Below, piece after piece: positions 28,624 through 38,590 of a stretch of DNA of 64,000 nucleotides. This DNA is from Terriglobia bacterium (lineage in GTDB: Bacteria; Acidobacteriota; Polarisedimenticolia; Polarisedimenticolales; JAIQFR01). The translations under genes were made by a program, and so were the position numbers. The notes under the pieces are model-generated. The model searched no databases and had not been told where the DNA came from. It worked only from the letters and a program-made list of their open reading frames with translations. The stretch lies in assembly GCA_963748015.1 (NCBI GenBank), contig CAVVHE010000008.1, positions 704,001-768,000 on the forward strand, written 5' to 3'. Position 1 is the stretch's first letter, and every line of letters starts with the position of its first letter.

Positions 28624-30111
28624 ATGAGAAAGTTCGTAATGTTCGGGCTGTGCGCGATGCTGGTGGCGGCGTTCGTCGCGCCGCAAGTTCTCGCGGCTGA
28701 CGACGAGGCGAAGTTCAAGTTCTCCGGCGAGGTCCGGACCCGGTTCGAGTACGTCGAGAACTACCTCGACTTCACCAACAACAGCGACTACGACACGGGC
28801 GACAACTTCTCGTTCTGGCCCTACCGGGTGCGGCTCGCGATGGAAGGCAGCATCGCGGACAACGTGACGGTCTTCGGCGAGCTCCAGAACGCGGGCCACT
28901 TCGGGTCGAACCCCTACTACTTCCCCGGCGACGCGAGCCTCGGGCGGATCGACCCGCTCATGTACGCGTACCCCCTCTTCACGTCGCTCCAGGACCCGGC
29001 TTTCGGGACGGGTGACTTCGGCCCGTACTCCCCCTACTCCTCGGGCCGGAACGTGAACCTCTACCAGGGCTACGTCCAGCTCGACAAGCTGTTCACCAAC
29101 AACCTCTCGATCCGCGTGGGCCGCCAGGAGCACACCCTCGGCACCCAGCTCCTCCTGGGCGACAACGAGTTCTACAACGGAATCAGCTACGACGGCGCCC
29201 ACATCATGTGGCACCCCGAGAAGTACAAGGTCGACGGCTTCTATTACAAGCTGAACGAGCTGTACCAGGCCTCGTCCGACGCCAACCTCTTCGGCGTGAC
29301 GGGCAACTTCGACCTCGGCAAGAAGCTCGGCAACATCGACGGCTACGTGATCGTCTACCAGAACCTCGCGGACACCGAGAACGTTCCCGCCCCCTCGTGG
29401 CTGCAGTGGAACGACATGGCCCTCACGACGTACGGCGTGCGCTGGGGCCGGATGGTCAAGAACGCCGACGACATGAAGGAAGGCGCGTTCGACTGGAACG
29501 CGGAGTTCGCGATGCAGAACGGCGACTCCACGTACTACGGTGACTACAAGTACACCTTCAAGGGAAGCATCTTCGAGGGTTGGTTCGGCTGGAACTTCGC
29601 GACCGGCGGCGGACGCAGCCGCGTCCACGTCGGAGCCCTGATGGCGTCCGGCCAGCCCGAGGATCAGACCTCCACCGAGACCGGCGAGGACTGGAAGGGT
29701 TTCATCCCGCTGTTCGGCAACACCTGGGCCTACAACCGCCTGGGTGACCTCGACCTGTTCGACACGACCGGCATCAACGACATCAACCTCGGCTACTGCT
29801 TCTCCAGCGGCAACGACAAGCACAACGTGATGGTGACGCTGCACTCGTTCCAGCTGGCGGAAGACATCACGATCGGCGATCCCGCGAACGAGACCAGCAA
29901 CAAGTACAACAAGCTCGGCGAGGAGATCGACGTTCGCTACACGATGAACGTCAACAAGATGACCTCGTTCAGCGCGGGTCTCGCCACCCTCATGCCCGGC
30001 GAGGCCTTCGACCAGCTTTGGAAGGAAGGCAGCTGGAACGGCGAGACCTCGACGGTCACCAGCGCCGACGCCGTGAATCGCGTCTACGCGCAGCTTCGGG
30101 TGCGCTTCTAG
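28624..30111 (+). CDS. Alginate export (AlgE-like) family outer-membrane beta-barrel
   Basis: Signal peptide; FSGEVRTRFE, LYQGYVQL, IRVGRQE..G..LLLG, LGEEID, C-terminal LRVRF. Confidence 0.85.
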   Translation: MRKFVMFGLCAMLVAAFVAPQVLAADDEAKFKFSGEVRTRFEYVENYLDFTNNSDYDTGDNFSFWPYRVRLAMEGSIADNVTVFGELQNAGHFGSNPYYFPGDASLGRIDPLMYAYPLFTSLQDPAFGTGDFGPYSPYSSGRNVNLYQGYVQLDKLFTNNLSIRVGRQEHTLGTQLLLGDNEFYNGISYDGAHIMWHPEKYKVDGFYYKLNELYQASSDANLFGVTGNFDLGKKLGNIDGYVIVYQNLADTENVPAPSWLQWNDMALTTYGVRWGRMVKNADDMKEGAFDWNAEFAMQNGDSTYYGDYKYTFKGSIFEGWFGWNFATGGGRSRVHVGALMASGQPEDQTSTETGEDWKGFIPLFGNTWAYNRLGDLDLFDTTGINDINLGYCFSSGNDKHNVMVTLHSFQLAEDITIGDPANETSNKYNKLGEEIDVRYTMNVNKMTSFSAGLATLMPGEAFDQLWKEGSWNGETSTVTSADAVNRVYAQLRVRF

Positions 30112-30156
30112 TCGCGCCAACCTGCCGGCCTCCGGCAGGTAGCCGATCGGAAATGG

Positions 30157-30214
30157 TGGCGGGGACGGGGCGTCCGGGCAGGCCCGGGCGCCCCGATCCC
30201 CGCCATGATTTTTT
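30157..30214 (+). terminator. Intrinsic terminator of the porin gene
   Basis: Long GC stem followed by TTTTTT. Confidence 0.7.
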
Positions 30215-30253
30215 GGGAGCAACCCCGGGCCTCGATCTCGAGGGTCCGGGAGT

Positions 30254-30329
30254 TGGTACCGGCGGGCCGAGTTGAACGGCCGACCTAGGGATTATGAGAC
30301 CCTCGCTCTAACCTCTGAGCTACGCCGGC
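30254..30329 (-). tRNA. tRNA with CAT anticodon (probably elongator Met)
   Basis: Cloverleaf GCCGGCG..GCTC/GAGC..AGGGT-CTCATAA-TCCCT..GGCCG-TTCAACT-CGGCC..CGCCGGT-A-CCA; upstream TTGACG/TAAATT promoter. Confidence 0.95.
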
Positions 30330-30488
30330 ACGATTTCCATCCGATGACCGCGTAATTTAGCCGCTCCCGGGCGTGATCGTCAAGGAGGAGCTCCCGGAGA
30401 GGTCTGCCGGGTCCGCCGCCCGGGATCGGCTATAATCCCGGCGCAATCAGCCGTTCCCCGCGCCGTCGCGAGGGCACCGGGGCGAGTC

Positions 30489-30662
30489 ATGGAAAAGCCA
30501 GAGTGCGTCCACTGCAAGAAGAGCGACGACGAGACGACGCTTCGCAAATGCCCCATCTGCTTCAAGCGTTACTGCGACGAGCACGCCTATCTCATGAGCG
30601 GGCGTACGTTCTGCAGCCAGCCGTGCGCCGACTTCTTCTTCTTCTCCGATAGCGACGAGTAG
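30489..30662 (+). CDS. 57-aa Cys/His zinc-finger microprotein (not in the ORF track)
   Basis: [63 protein letters not shown] at 30431; stop overlaps the hemB RBS. Confidence 0.8.
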   Translation: MEKPECVHCKKSDDETTLRKCPICFKRYCDEHAYLMSGRTFCSQPCADFFFFSDSDE

Positions 30663-30672
30663 GAGGTTGCCC

Positions 30673-31641
30673 ATGTATCCCGTGGTCCGCCCCCGGCGGC
30701 TCCGGCGGACACCCGCCATCCGAGACATGGTCCGGGAGACTAGGCTCGATGCGGCGGATTTCATCTATCCGCTGTTCGTCTGCGCCGGGACCGGCATCAA
30801 GAACGAGATCTCCGCGATGCCCGGGAACTACCACTTCTCCGTGGACCGGGTCGTCGAGGAAGCCGGTGCGGCGATCGAGGAGGGGGTCCGCTCCGTGATC
30901 CTCTTCGGCATCCCCGAGCGGAAGGACGAGGTGGGGTCGGAAGCCCATGACGACGGCGCGGCGGTCCAGAGCGCCGTCCGGGCCCTCAAAAAGGCGTACC
31001 CGGCCCTCGTCGTCGTCACCGACGTCTGCCTGTGCGAGTACACGAGCCACGGACACTGCGGGGTGGTCCGGGGGCACGAGGTCCTGAACGATCCCACCCT
31101 CGAGCTCCTCGCGAAGGCCGCGGTCTCCCACGCGAAAGCCGGGGCGGACATCGTCGCTCCCTCCGACATGATGGACGGGAGGGTCGGCGCGATCCGCGAG
31201 GCGCTCGACGAAGGGGGCTTCGAGAGCGTCTCCATCCTGGCCTACTCGGCGAAGTACGCGTCCGCGTTCTACGGGCCGTTCCGCGAGGCGGCCGGCTCCG
31301 CGCCGCAATTCGGCGACCGCCGCGGGTACCAGATGGACCCCGGAAACTCCGACGAGGCCCTTCGCGAGGTGGGCCTCGACCTCGACGAGGGGGCCGACAT
31401 CGTGATGGTCAAGCCGGCGCTGTCATACCTCGACGTGATCCGCCGCGTGAAGGACACCTTCGGCGTGCCGGTCGCCGCCTACAACGTGAGCGGCGAGTTC
31501 TCCATGGTGATGGCCGCCGTGAAGAACGGCTGGCTCGAGCGGGAGCGGACGATCCTCGAGGTCTTGACGTCCATCAAGAGGGCGGGAGCCGACCTGATCC
31601 TCACCTACCACGCGCGCGAGGCGGCGCGCCTGCTGAGGTAG
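30673..31641 (+). CDS. hemB: Porphobilinogen synthase
   Basis: [42 protein letters not shown]. Confidence 0.97.
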   Translation: MYPVVRPRRLRRTPAIRDMVRETRLDAADFIYPLFVCAGTGIKNEISAMPGNYHFSVDRVVEEAGAAIEEGVRSVILFGIPERKDEVGSEAHDDGAAVQSAVRALKKAYPALVVVTDVCLCEYTSHGHCGVVRGHEVLNDPTLELLAKAAVSHAKAGADIVAPSDMMDGRVGAIREALDEGGFESVSILAYSAKYASAFYGPFREAAGSAPQFGDRRGYQMDPGNSDEALREVGLDLDEGADIVMVKPALSYLDVIRRVKDTFGVPVAAYNVSGEFSMVMAAVKNGWLERERTILEVLTSIKRAGADLILTYHAREAARLLR

Positions 31642-31643
31642 CC

Positions 31644-32219
31644 ATGGGCCCGGCGGGGAGGAGAAGGGGAAGGGCCCCGGCGCCCCTCTCGCTGTTCGGT
31701 CCGGTGAACCCCGCCGCGCGGCCCGGGCCGTCGCGGGTCCCCGCGCCGAAGCCGCCGGCCAGGGCGGTGGCCGCGGCGCGCGCCGCCCGGGCGGCCGAGT
31801 CCGGCGCGACGATGGAGCGGCTCCGGCGTTGGGCCGCGGAGCTCGCCCGGAGCTTCGGCCTCCGCTTCGCCGTGCTCGAGGCGGAGCGGGACGGGGTCGT
31901 CGCGCACTACGGGATCTGCTACAAGGACGGCCTGATCCGGATCCGGCTCCGGCACGCGACGACGGGGCGGCTCCTCAAGGAGTCGAGCCTGGTGGACACG
32001 CTGTGCCACGAGCTCGCGCACCTGAGGCATTTCGACCACTCGCCGGCGTTCAAGGACTTCTACCTGAGGATCCTCGACGAGGCTCGCCGCCGCGGGTACT
32101 ACAAGCCCGGTCCGGAGAGGCTGCACGGGCAGGGCGCGTTGTTCGACTTCGGGTCGTGCGGGAGCATGTCTCTCGCGACGGGTGCCCGCGCCGGGGCGGC
32201 GCGGGGGAGGAGAGGATGA
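31644..32219 (+). CDS. Zincin metallopeptidase, WLM/Wss1-like (start uncertain)
   Basis: IRIRLR..SLVDTLCHELAHLRHFDHSPAF. Confidence 0.72.
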   Translation: MGPAGRRRGRAPAPLSLFGPVNPAARPGPSRVPAPKPPARAVAAARAARAAESGATMERLRRWAAELARSFGLRFAVLEAERDGVVAHYGICYKDGLIRIRLRHATTGRLLKESSLVDTLCHELAHLRHFDHSPAFKDFYLRILDEARRRGYYKPGPERLHGQGALFDFGSCGSMSLATGARAGAARGRRG

Positions 32220-33526
32220 GCTCAGGGACCGGGGGAAACGGCGGCGTCATGGAGCGCCTCTTCGAGGAGGCCCGGAAGCTCATTCCGGGCGGGGTGGACA
32301 GCCCCGTGCGGGCGTTCGGGGGCGTGGGCGGCACGCCGGTGTTCATGGAGAGCGGCCACGGCTGCCGGGTTCGCGACGCCGCGGGGCGGGAGTACGTGGA
32401 CTACCTCGGCTCGTGGGGCCCGCTGATCGCCGGGCACTCGCACCCGCGCGTCGTGGCGGCGCTCCGGGACCAGGCGGGCAAGGCCACGTCCTTCGGCACC
32501 CCTTCCGAGCTCGAGACCGAGCTGGCCCGGCGCGTCTGCGGAAGGGTCCCCGCGTGCGAGAAGGTCCGCTTCGTCTCCTCCGGGACCGAGGCGACCATGT
32601 CGGCGATCCGCCTGGCGCGGGCGGCGACGGGACGCGACGGCGTGGTCAAGGTGGACGGCTGCTACCACGGCCACGTGGACTCGCTCCTGGTCAAGGCGGG
32701 CTCGGGCATTCTCACGCTCGGGATCCCCGGCAGTCCCGGGATCCCGGCGGCGCTCGCCGCGCTGACCCACGTCGTGCCCTACAACGACGCCGGGGCGATC
32801 GAGAGGCTTCTCGATTCCAGGGGAGGGGAGATCGCGTGCGTGATCCTCGAGCCGGTCGCCGGGAACATGGGGGTCGTGGCGCCGGCGCCGGGTTATCTCG
32901 CGGCCGTTCGCGACATCACGAAGCGGCACGGCGTCGTCCTGATCCTCGACGAGGTCATGACGGGGTTCAGGGTCCACCGCGGCGGCGCGCAGGCGCTCTA
33001 CGGCGTGGCGCCGGACCTCTCCTGCTTCGGGAAGGTGATCGGCGGTGGCCTCCCCGTGGGCGCGTACGGCGGGCGGGCGGACCTCATGGACCGGATCGCT
33101 CCCTCGGGGCCGGTCTACCAGGCCGGGACGCTCTCGGGGAACCCGCTGGCGATGCGGGCGGGGATCGAGACGCTCGACCTGCTCGACGAGCCGGGGGTCT
33201 ACGAGAAGCTCGAGAGGATCTCGGCGCGGCTCGCCGACGGGCTCGCGGCCGCCGCCGCCGGGGCAAAGGTCCCCTCGACGCTCAACCGCGTGGGCTCGAT
33301 GATGACGGCGTTCTTCACGGGGGGCCCGGTCACCGACTACGCCTCCGCGGCCCGCGCTGACACGAAGCGATACGCGGCGTTCTTCCACGGCATGCTCCGC
33401 CGCGGGGTCTACCTGGCACCCTCGCAGTTCGAGGCGGCGTTCGTCTCCACCGCGCACGGCGAGGCCGACGTCGACTTCACGCTGCAGGCGGCTCGCGAGA
33501 CGCTCGGAGAGATCGCTCCAAGGTGA
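32216..33526 (+). CDS. hemL: Glutamate-1-semialdehyde 2,1-aminomutase
   Basis: IPGGVDSPVR, SGTEATM, YHGH, DEVMTGFR, FGKVIGGG, YQAGTLSGNP. Confidence 0.97.
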   Translation: MSSGTGGNGGVMERLFEEARKLIPGGVDSPVRAFGGVGGTPVFMESGHGCRVRDAAGREYVDYLGSWGPLIAGHSHPRVVAALRDQAGKATSFGTPSELETELARRVCGRVPACEKVRFVSSGTEATMSAIRLARAATGRDGVVKVDGCYHGHVDSLLVKAGSGILTLGIPGSPGIPAALAALTHVVPYNDAGAIERLLDSRGGEIACVILEPVAGNMGVVAPAPGYLAAVRDITKRHGVVLILDEVMTGFRVHRGGAQALYGVAPDLSCFGKVIGGGLPVGAYGGRADLMDRIAPSGPVYQAGTLSGNPLAMRAGIETLDLLDEPGVYEKLERISARLADGLAAAAAGAKVPSTLNRVGSMMTAFFTGGPVTDYASAARADTKRYAAFFHGMLRRGVYLAPSQFEAAFVSTAHGEADVDFTLQAARETLGEIAPR

Positions 33527-33546
33527 GACGGTACGGAGGCAACGCG

Positions 33547-34230
33547 ATGCTCAAGCTCCACTACCACGGTCACGACTGCTGGGAGTTCGACGACGGGACG
33601 CACCGCGTCCTGGTGGACCCGTTCCTCAAGGGAAACGCCCTGGCCGACGTCGGCCCGGAGGCCTTCCGGAAACTCGACGCGATCCTGATCACGCACGGCC
33701 ACGGCGATCACGTCGGGGACGGGATCGAGATCGCGAAGCGCACCGGCGCCCTCGTGATCTCGAACTTCGAGATCGTGAACTACTTCGGCGGGAAGGGATG
33801 CAAGGGGCACCCGATGCACATCGGGGGGGGCCACGCGTTCCCGTTCGGCCACGTGAAGCTCACGATCGCGCACCACGGCTCGACCGGCCCGGAAGGTCAG
33901 GCGCTCGGGAACCCCGTCGGGTTCGTGGTCACGATGGGAGGCAAGAAGGTCTACCACGCGGGGGACACCGGGCTGTTCCTCGACATGAAGCTGATCGGGG
34001 AGGCCTGGGGGCCGCTCGACGCGGCGCTGCTCCCGATCGGCGACAACTTCACGATGGGAGTGGACGACGCCGTGATGGCTGCCGGGTTCCTGAAGGCCGG
34101 GGTGAGCATCCCGATGCACTACGGGACGTTCGACATCATCGCGGCCGATCCCGGCGAGTTCGTCCGGAAGGTCGAGGCGACGGGGCGCAAGGCCGCGGTC
34201 GTCAAGCCGGGGGCGAGCTACACGGTCTGA
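33547..34230 (+). CDS. Metal-dependent hydrolase, beta-lactamase fold (UPF0173-like)
   Basis: THGHGDH, YHAGDT, LLPIGD, IPMHY. Confidence 0.92.
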   Translation: MLKLHYHGHDCWEFDDGTHRVLVDPFLKGNALADVGPEAFRKLDAILITHGHGDHVGDGIEIAKRTGALVISNFEIVNYFGGKGCKGHPMHIGGGHAFPFGHVKLTIAHHGSTGPEGQALGNPVGFVVTMGGKKVYHAGDTGLFLDMKLIGEAWGPLDAALLPIGDNFTMGVDDAVMAAGFLKAGVSIPMHYGTFDIIAADPGEFVRKVEATGRKAAVVKPGASYTV

Positions 34231-34237
34231 GATCGCG

Positions 34238-34397
34238 CCGGCTCAACGCGCGAGCGGCCGGGTCGTCCGGGCCCGGGCTACTTCGCGCGCTCGAGGTGGC
34301 TGCCGTTGGCCGTGCTGATCCGCACGACTTCTCCCTCGTCGATGAACGATGGCACCTGGACGACGAGCCCCGTTTCGGGGGCCGCGGGCTTCCTCTG
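34238..34397 (-). repeat. Deletion-collapsed duplicate of the TMTC-like gene end + efp 3' end (left island boundary)
   Basis: 34238-34257=51013-51032; 34260-34270=51055-51065; 34267-34397 matches 52730-52860 (8 mismatches in the 120 coding nt). Confidence 0.92.
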
Positions 34398-34486
34398 AGG
34401 ACAATGTGTTTGGGCGGTGTCTTCTGGGGTCGGTAGGAGGGTTGACATAAAATCCCTTTCCTGGACATGGACCGCGGTTTCGCAGC

Positions 34487-35100
34487 TTGAACTTCCTATC
34501 CGTCTGGGGCTACTCGGACAAGGCGCGCCTGTCGCTGTTCAGCAAGGCGATCGATCACGACGAGTACGTCCGGCTGTTCGGCCTGGTGGTCGAGGATCAC
34601 GACCGGGCGGTCGCGCTCGATCCCGGCAGCGCCGACGTCCAATTCAAGCGCGGCCTCTCCTTCTACGACGGCGCGGCGCTGGTGAACGAGGCGGAAGTTG
34701 ATCACCGGTCCTGGTTCGATGTCGCCGACGCCGATTTCGCCAAGGCCATCGAGAGGGACCCGCGGCACGCCCTGGCCTGGGACTACCTTGGTCTGGTCGA
34801 CGAGCAAAGCGACAGGATGGACGACGCCATCGCCGATTTCACGCGCCTGATGGCGATCGACGCGGAGCGGGGAGGGCGCGGTCGGCCAGGTCGATGAACC
34901 GTGGCACCTGATCCGCCGGGTAACCAGCCATGTTGCCGCCGATCTCGAGAAATCGGTCGAGCTGGAGCTTGGCCGACGGGTGCTCCTGCGAACCGTACGC
35001 CGCCTGGCGTCCATCCACGTCGATGCCCCGATCTACTACAGGGCCCGGACCTCGTGCGCAAGGCGCAACGCTTCGGCCGGGTCGATCACCGAAGCACGTC
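34487..35100 (+). pseudogene. TPR-repeat protein fragment
   Basis: AVALDPGSADVQFKRG, AIERDPRHALAWDYLG; no clear start, frameshifts after 34870; end approximate. Confidence 0.6.
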
Positions 35101-35651
35101 GAGCGATTTGGCGAAGATGCCAGGGAGGCCACGGTAGGGGGCGCCGCCGCGGACCCGTCCATCCCGGTCCGATTCCCCCCGCTTCCGGAATTCGAGTCGC
35201 GCGCCGCGTGCGCTTAACACGTCGCCGAAACGAATCCAGGGATTCCTCATTTCCCCCTCCCCATCCCGTGACCGACGGGCGCGTGAAGGGTTCACCGAGG
35301 AGTTCGACGCCCGCGCGGTCTCGTTGTTCTCGCTTCTCAAAGCTCCTGGCCTGCAGTATCGACCAGGCCCACGACCGCCTCCCGCAAGCCCGCGGAGAGC
35401 CGGGGCCATGCCTCAACGATGGGAGGTCAAACCGTCATCCCGGGTGATCCGCAGAGCTAGTCAGCGGCTGAGTGCCGTTGTGTTTGTGTCGTGCTCGGGT
35501 CGCGACCGGGTTCGGCCCTGTCGGGTCGTGGTTCCGTCCCACCGCTGCTCCCCTTGCCCCCGTTCGTTTCGGCATTCGCCCCGTTGGGCCCGGCCGCGGC
35601 GGGTGTTGTGTCCGGCCGACGGCGTCGTTACTACGAGACATGAGCCAGTCC

Positions 35652-37849
35652 ATGCTGGAGGAAACCTACGACGAGGCATGTCGTAGCCTTGCTGATAATG
35701 CTCTGTCTGGTCGTCTCAGCCCCGGCCGCTCATGCAGGGGTCGAGGACGTCGATCTCGGCATGGGCCGCGAACGGGTCATGCGTGACATCGAGACCTCCG
35801 AATACGAGGTCACTTGGCAGGCACGGATCAACCTCCCGGACATCGAAGCGGCCTGGCACACCCCCGAATCGGGCACACGGATTTCGCACAGACGTCACCG
35901 ATTTCGGAATCCGGGTCGTGCCGAGGATCGAGGGGGGACCTCCTGGCATTGGGGTCTCTCGTCGGTGGCATACGGTCGTGGCGGCACCCTCGTGGCGCCT
36001 GCCGGAATCCAAGCTCAGGGCTGCCGGGTTACCCGGCGTCGACTACGAGCGCGGCGCGGTGGAGGAATGGTACCGTGGAATTCCCCGAGGGGCCTGGAGC
36101 AGGGTTTCGTGTTGCCGGTGCCTCCGGGAGGACTTGGCCAAGGGGCCGGCAGCGCGGGCCTTCACCGTGACGCGGCCGGGGACTGCAAGGAACCTCGAAG
36201 GCGGGGACCTCGTTCATCTCGACCTCGAGTTGGTGGGGGACCTTAGCCCTTCGGCTAAGCCTGGACGGGCAAGCAATCGACTTCCGAACCGCGACGGGCA
36301 TCAACGTGATCCACTTCGCGGAGCTGAAGGTGACGGACGCCACGGGCCAAGAGTTGCCGAGCTGGATGGAGGGGTTCGCGCTCGCCCCGGGCCGCGGGAT
36401 CCGCATCGTCGTGGATGCACGTCGCGCCATCTACCCAATCACCGTGGACCCACTCGCGACGAGCGCCGCGTGGACAGCCGAAAGCGATCAGGCAGGCGCC
36501 AACTTCGGTCATTCCGTTGCGACGGCGGGGGATGTCAACGGCGACGGCTACTTGGACGTGATCGTCGGGGCTGACCTCTGGGACGGTGGCGTCACCGACC
36601 AGGGAGCTGTGTTCGTCTTCTATGGAAACGGGGGAGGGGGACAAGACGCTGCCGCCCCGGGCCGCAGCAACGACGATTCGACGACTCCGCCCCAATCTCG
36701 CCGCTCGGCATCTCGAGCGCTCCCGGACTCCTTCCGCCTGGCGATGAGCGGTCGCACGCCGTTTGGCAGGGCGAAGGTCAAGCTGGAATGGGAGGTCAAG
36801 CCGCTGGGAACGCTATTCAACGGGGCCGGCACCGGGTTCAGCCCGGCGTGGACTGACACCGGCAGGACCGGCGCGTCGTTCAATCAGGCGGTGTCCGGTC
36901 TGGAGTGGAACTTCCACCTACCACTGGCGGATGCGGGTGCGGTACGACCGGGCCTACGGTGCCCTTCGCACGATCGAGTCGCTGGTACACGGCACCGCAT
37001 AACCGCCTCCTGGAGATGGATCTCCGAACGGTCGATGAGCTGCGCGGCGGATCTCGACGCGGACGGCGCGAACGCGTGCCAGGACTGCAACGACTCGGAT
37101 CCGAACAACTGGCAGTCGTGTGCTTCATGTGCGGACCGCGACCACGACCTCTACCACGTCGGGTGCGATGCCTATGTGACGATCCACGGGCCCGACTGCA
37201 ACGACTTGGGATCCCCGGAACTGGATCTCGTGCGCCACGTGTTTCGACTTCGATCAGGACGGCGTCACGGGCGTCTGCGACTGGCCGACCAGGTCCAATC
37301 GACTGTAACGACAATGACCCTAACCACTGGGCTTGGGGCTGCGCCGGGTGCCGCGACGCGGATCAGGACGGGTTCTTCATCGGGTGCGATGCGTATCGGA
37401 CGATCCAGGGTCCCGACTGCGACGATGCGGCAAGCGCAACCTACCCCGGGGCTCCCGAGGTGAACGACGGCATGGACAACCAGTGTCCAGGAGACCCCGG
37501 ATGCGGCAGCGTGGACGAAATCACGGGAGCGGCGATGTTCTGGACAGCGAACAACTGGTTCTGCTGGCCGGAGCAGGGGGGTGCCACCTCGTACCAGGTC
37601 GCGGTATTGATGCGTCCCGATTTCCTGGAGACCAATTGCGTCAGCGTGACGGTCGGGACCGCGTCGTGCCTCGCGCCGCTTCCCGATCCGCCGACCCAAG
37701 GCTTGCAGTACTACCTGGTTCGTGCCTACACCCCCTTTCATCGGGAGCTCGGGGATCGACAGCCATGGGAACGAGAGGACACTCGTGTGCGGCCAACCAT
37801 GAACGGGCACTCACGGAGTTGTTTCGCGCCACTCGGGAAGCGCAGGTGA
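35652..37849 (+). pseudogene. Frameshifted secreted FG-GAP/integrin-like protein with DxDxDG/DCND metal-binding repeats
   Basis: Pieces in several frames: GLEQGF, YPITVDP, VATAGDVNGDGYLDVIVGA, KVKLEWEVKPLG, DCDD..YPGAPEVNDGMDNQC, YYLVRA. Confidence 0.75.
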
Positions 37850-38309
37850 CGAAAGAATGCCGGAAGTCGGTGTCGAACTTGGTGCCGCGAGGATTTGACC
37901 GTCGTCCCATCAAGCTCTTGAGCCGGACGAGAAGACGAAGAAGCTCATGGAGGCGAGGGATGAGCTTCAACAGGGGCGTCACGCCGAGATCCTCCTGGCG
38001 TGTCCCGAGTTCTTCCGTCAAAGGATGGCCGAGAACAACGTGCGTGGTGCGCTTGCAGGGACCTCCCGTCATTCGAGGATCGGTGCGCCCAACGCGGAGG
38101 TATCTCGGTCGAACTCCACCCGTGAGCCGGCGCGTAGGCCCGCCTCTAGAATGTGTCCGCGACCCGGGTTGACCGCAGAGAAGTGCGCGAAACGGCGGGA
38201 AACGGCGGCGGTCTGAGGAAAGCGGCGAGCATCAGCGAAGGATGGTGCCGTCCGTAGGTTCAGCGGGGGACGGCAATCTCTCGCCTGTTCCTGGTTTCAC
38301 GACGGTCGC

Positions 38310-38509
38310 TCTTCGAGGTTGGGATGACGAGCGTCTTTCCTGAGGCGACGTCTTGCGCAGCACAACGAGGGCCGAACCTATCGACTGCCCAGCACAGGCC
38401 TTGGGACGTGAAGCTTCACATCGCTGTCGACGACCGCGAACTGGCCCACCGCTTTGAGCATCACCTGAAATCGGGCTCCGGCCAGGCTTTCGCCAACCGT
38501 CAATTCTGA
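38310..38509 (+). pseudogene. Small GIY-YIG nuclease (UPF0213-like) remnant
   Basis: RRLAQHNEG, frameshift, then RPW..AHRFEHHLKSGSGQAFANRQF; N-terminus missing; palindrome at 38514-38557. Confidence 0.7.
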
Positions 38510-38590
38510 GCACGGCCTCCGCAGCTCCGCGACCGAAGGGAGCGAGCGAAGGAGGCCCGCTTCGCCGCTCGCCCAGCGAGTGAAGGACGA

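Noticed and set aside
30254..30329. tRNA 3' end as the island attachment site
   Set aside because: No duplicate of the tRNA 3' end seen and flanking genes look native
34426..34460. REP-like or IS-end sequence TGGGGTCGGTAGGAGGGTTGACATAAAATCCCT at the island edge
   Set aside because: Single copy; no matching end found by eye
37850..38230. Short ORFs on both strands
   Set aside because: No recognisable motif; probably debris
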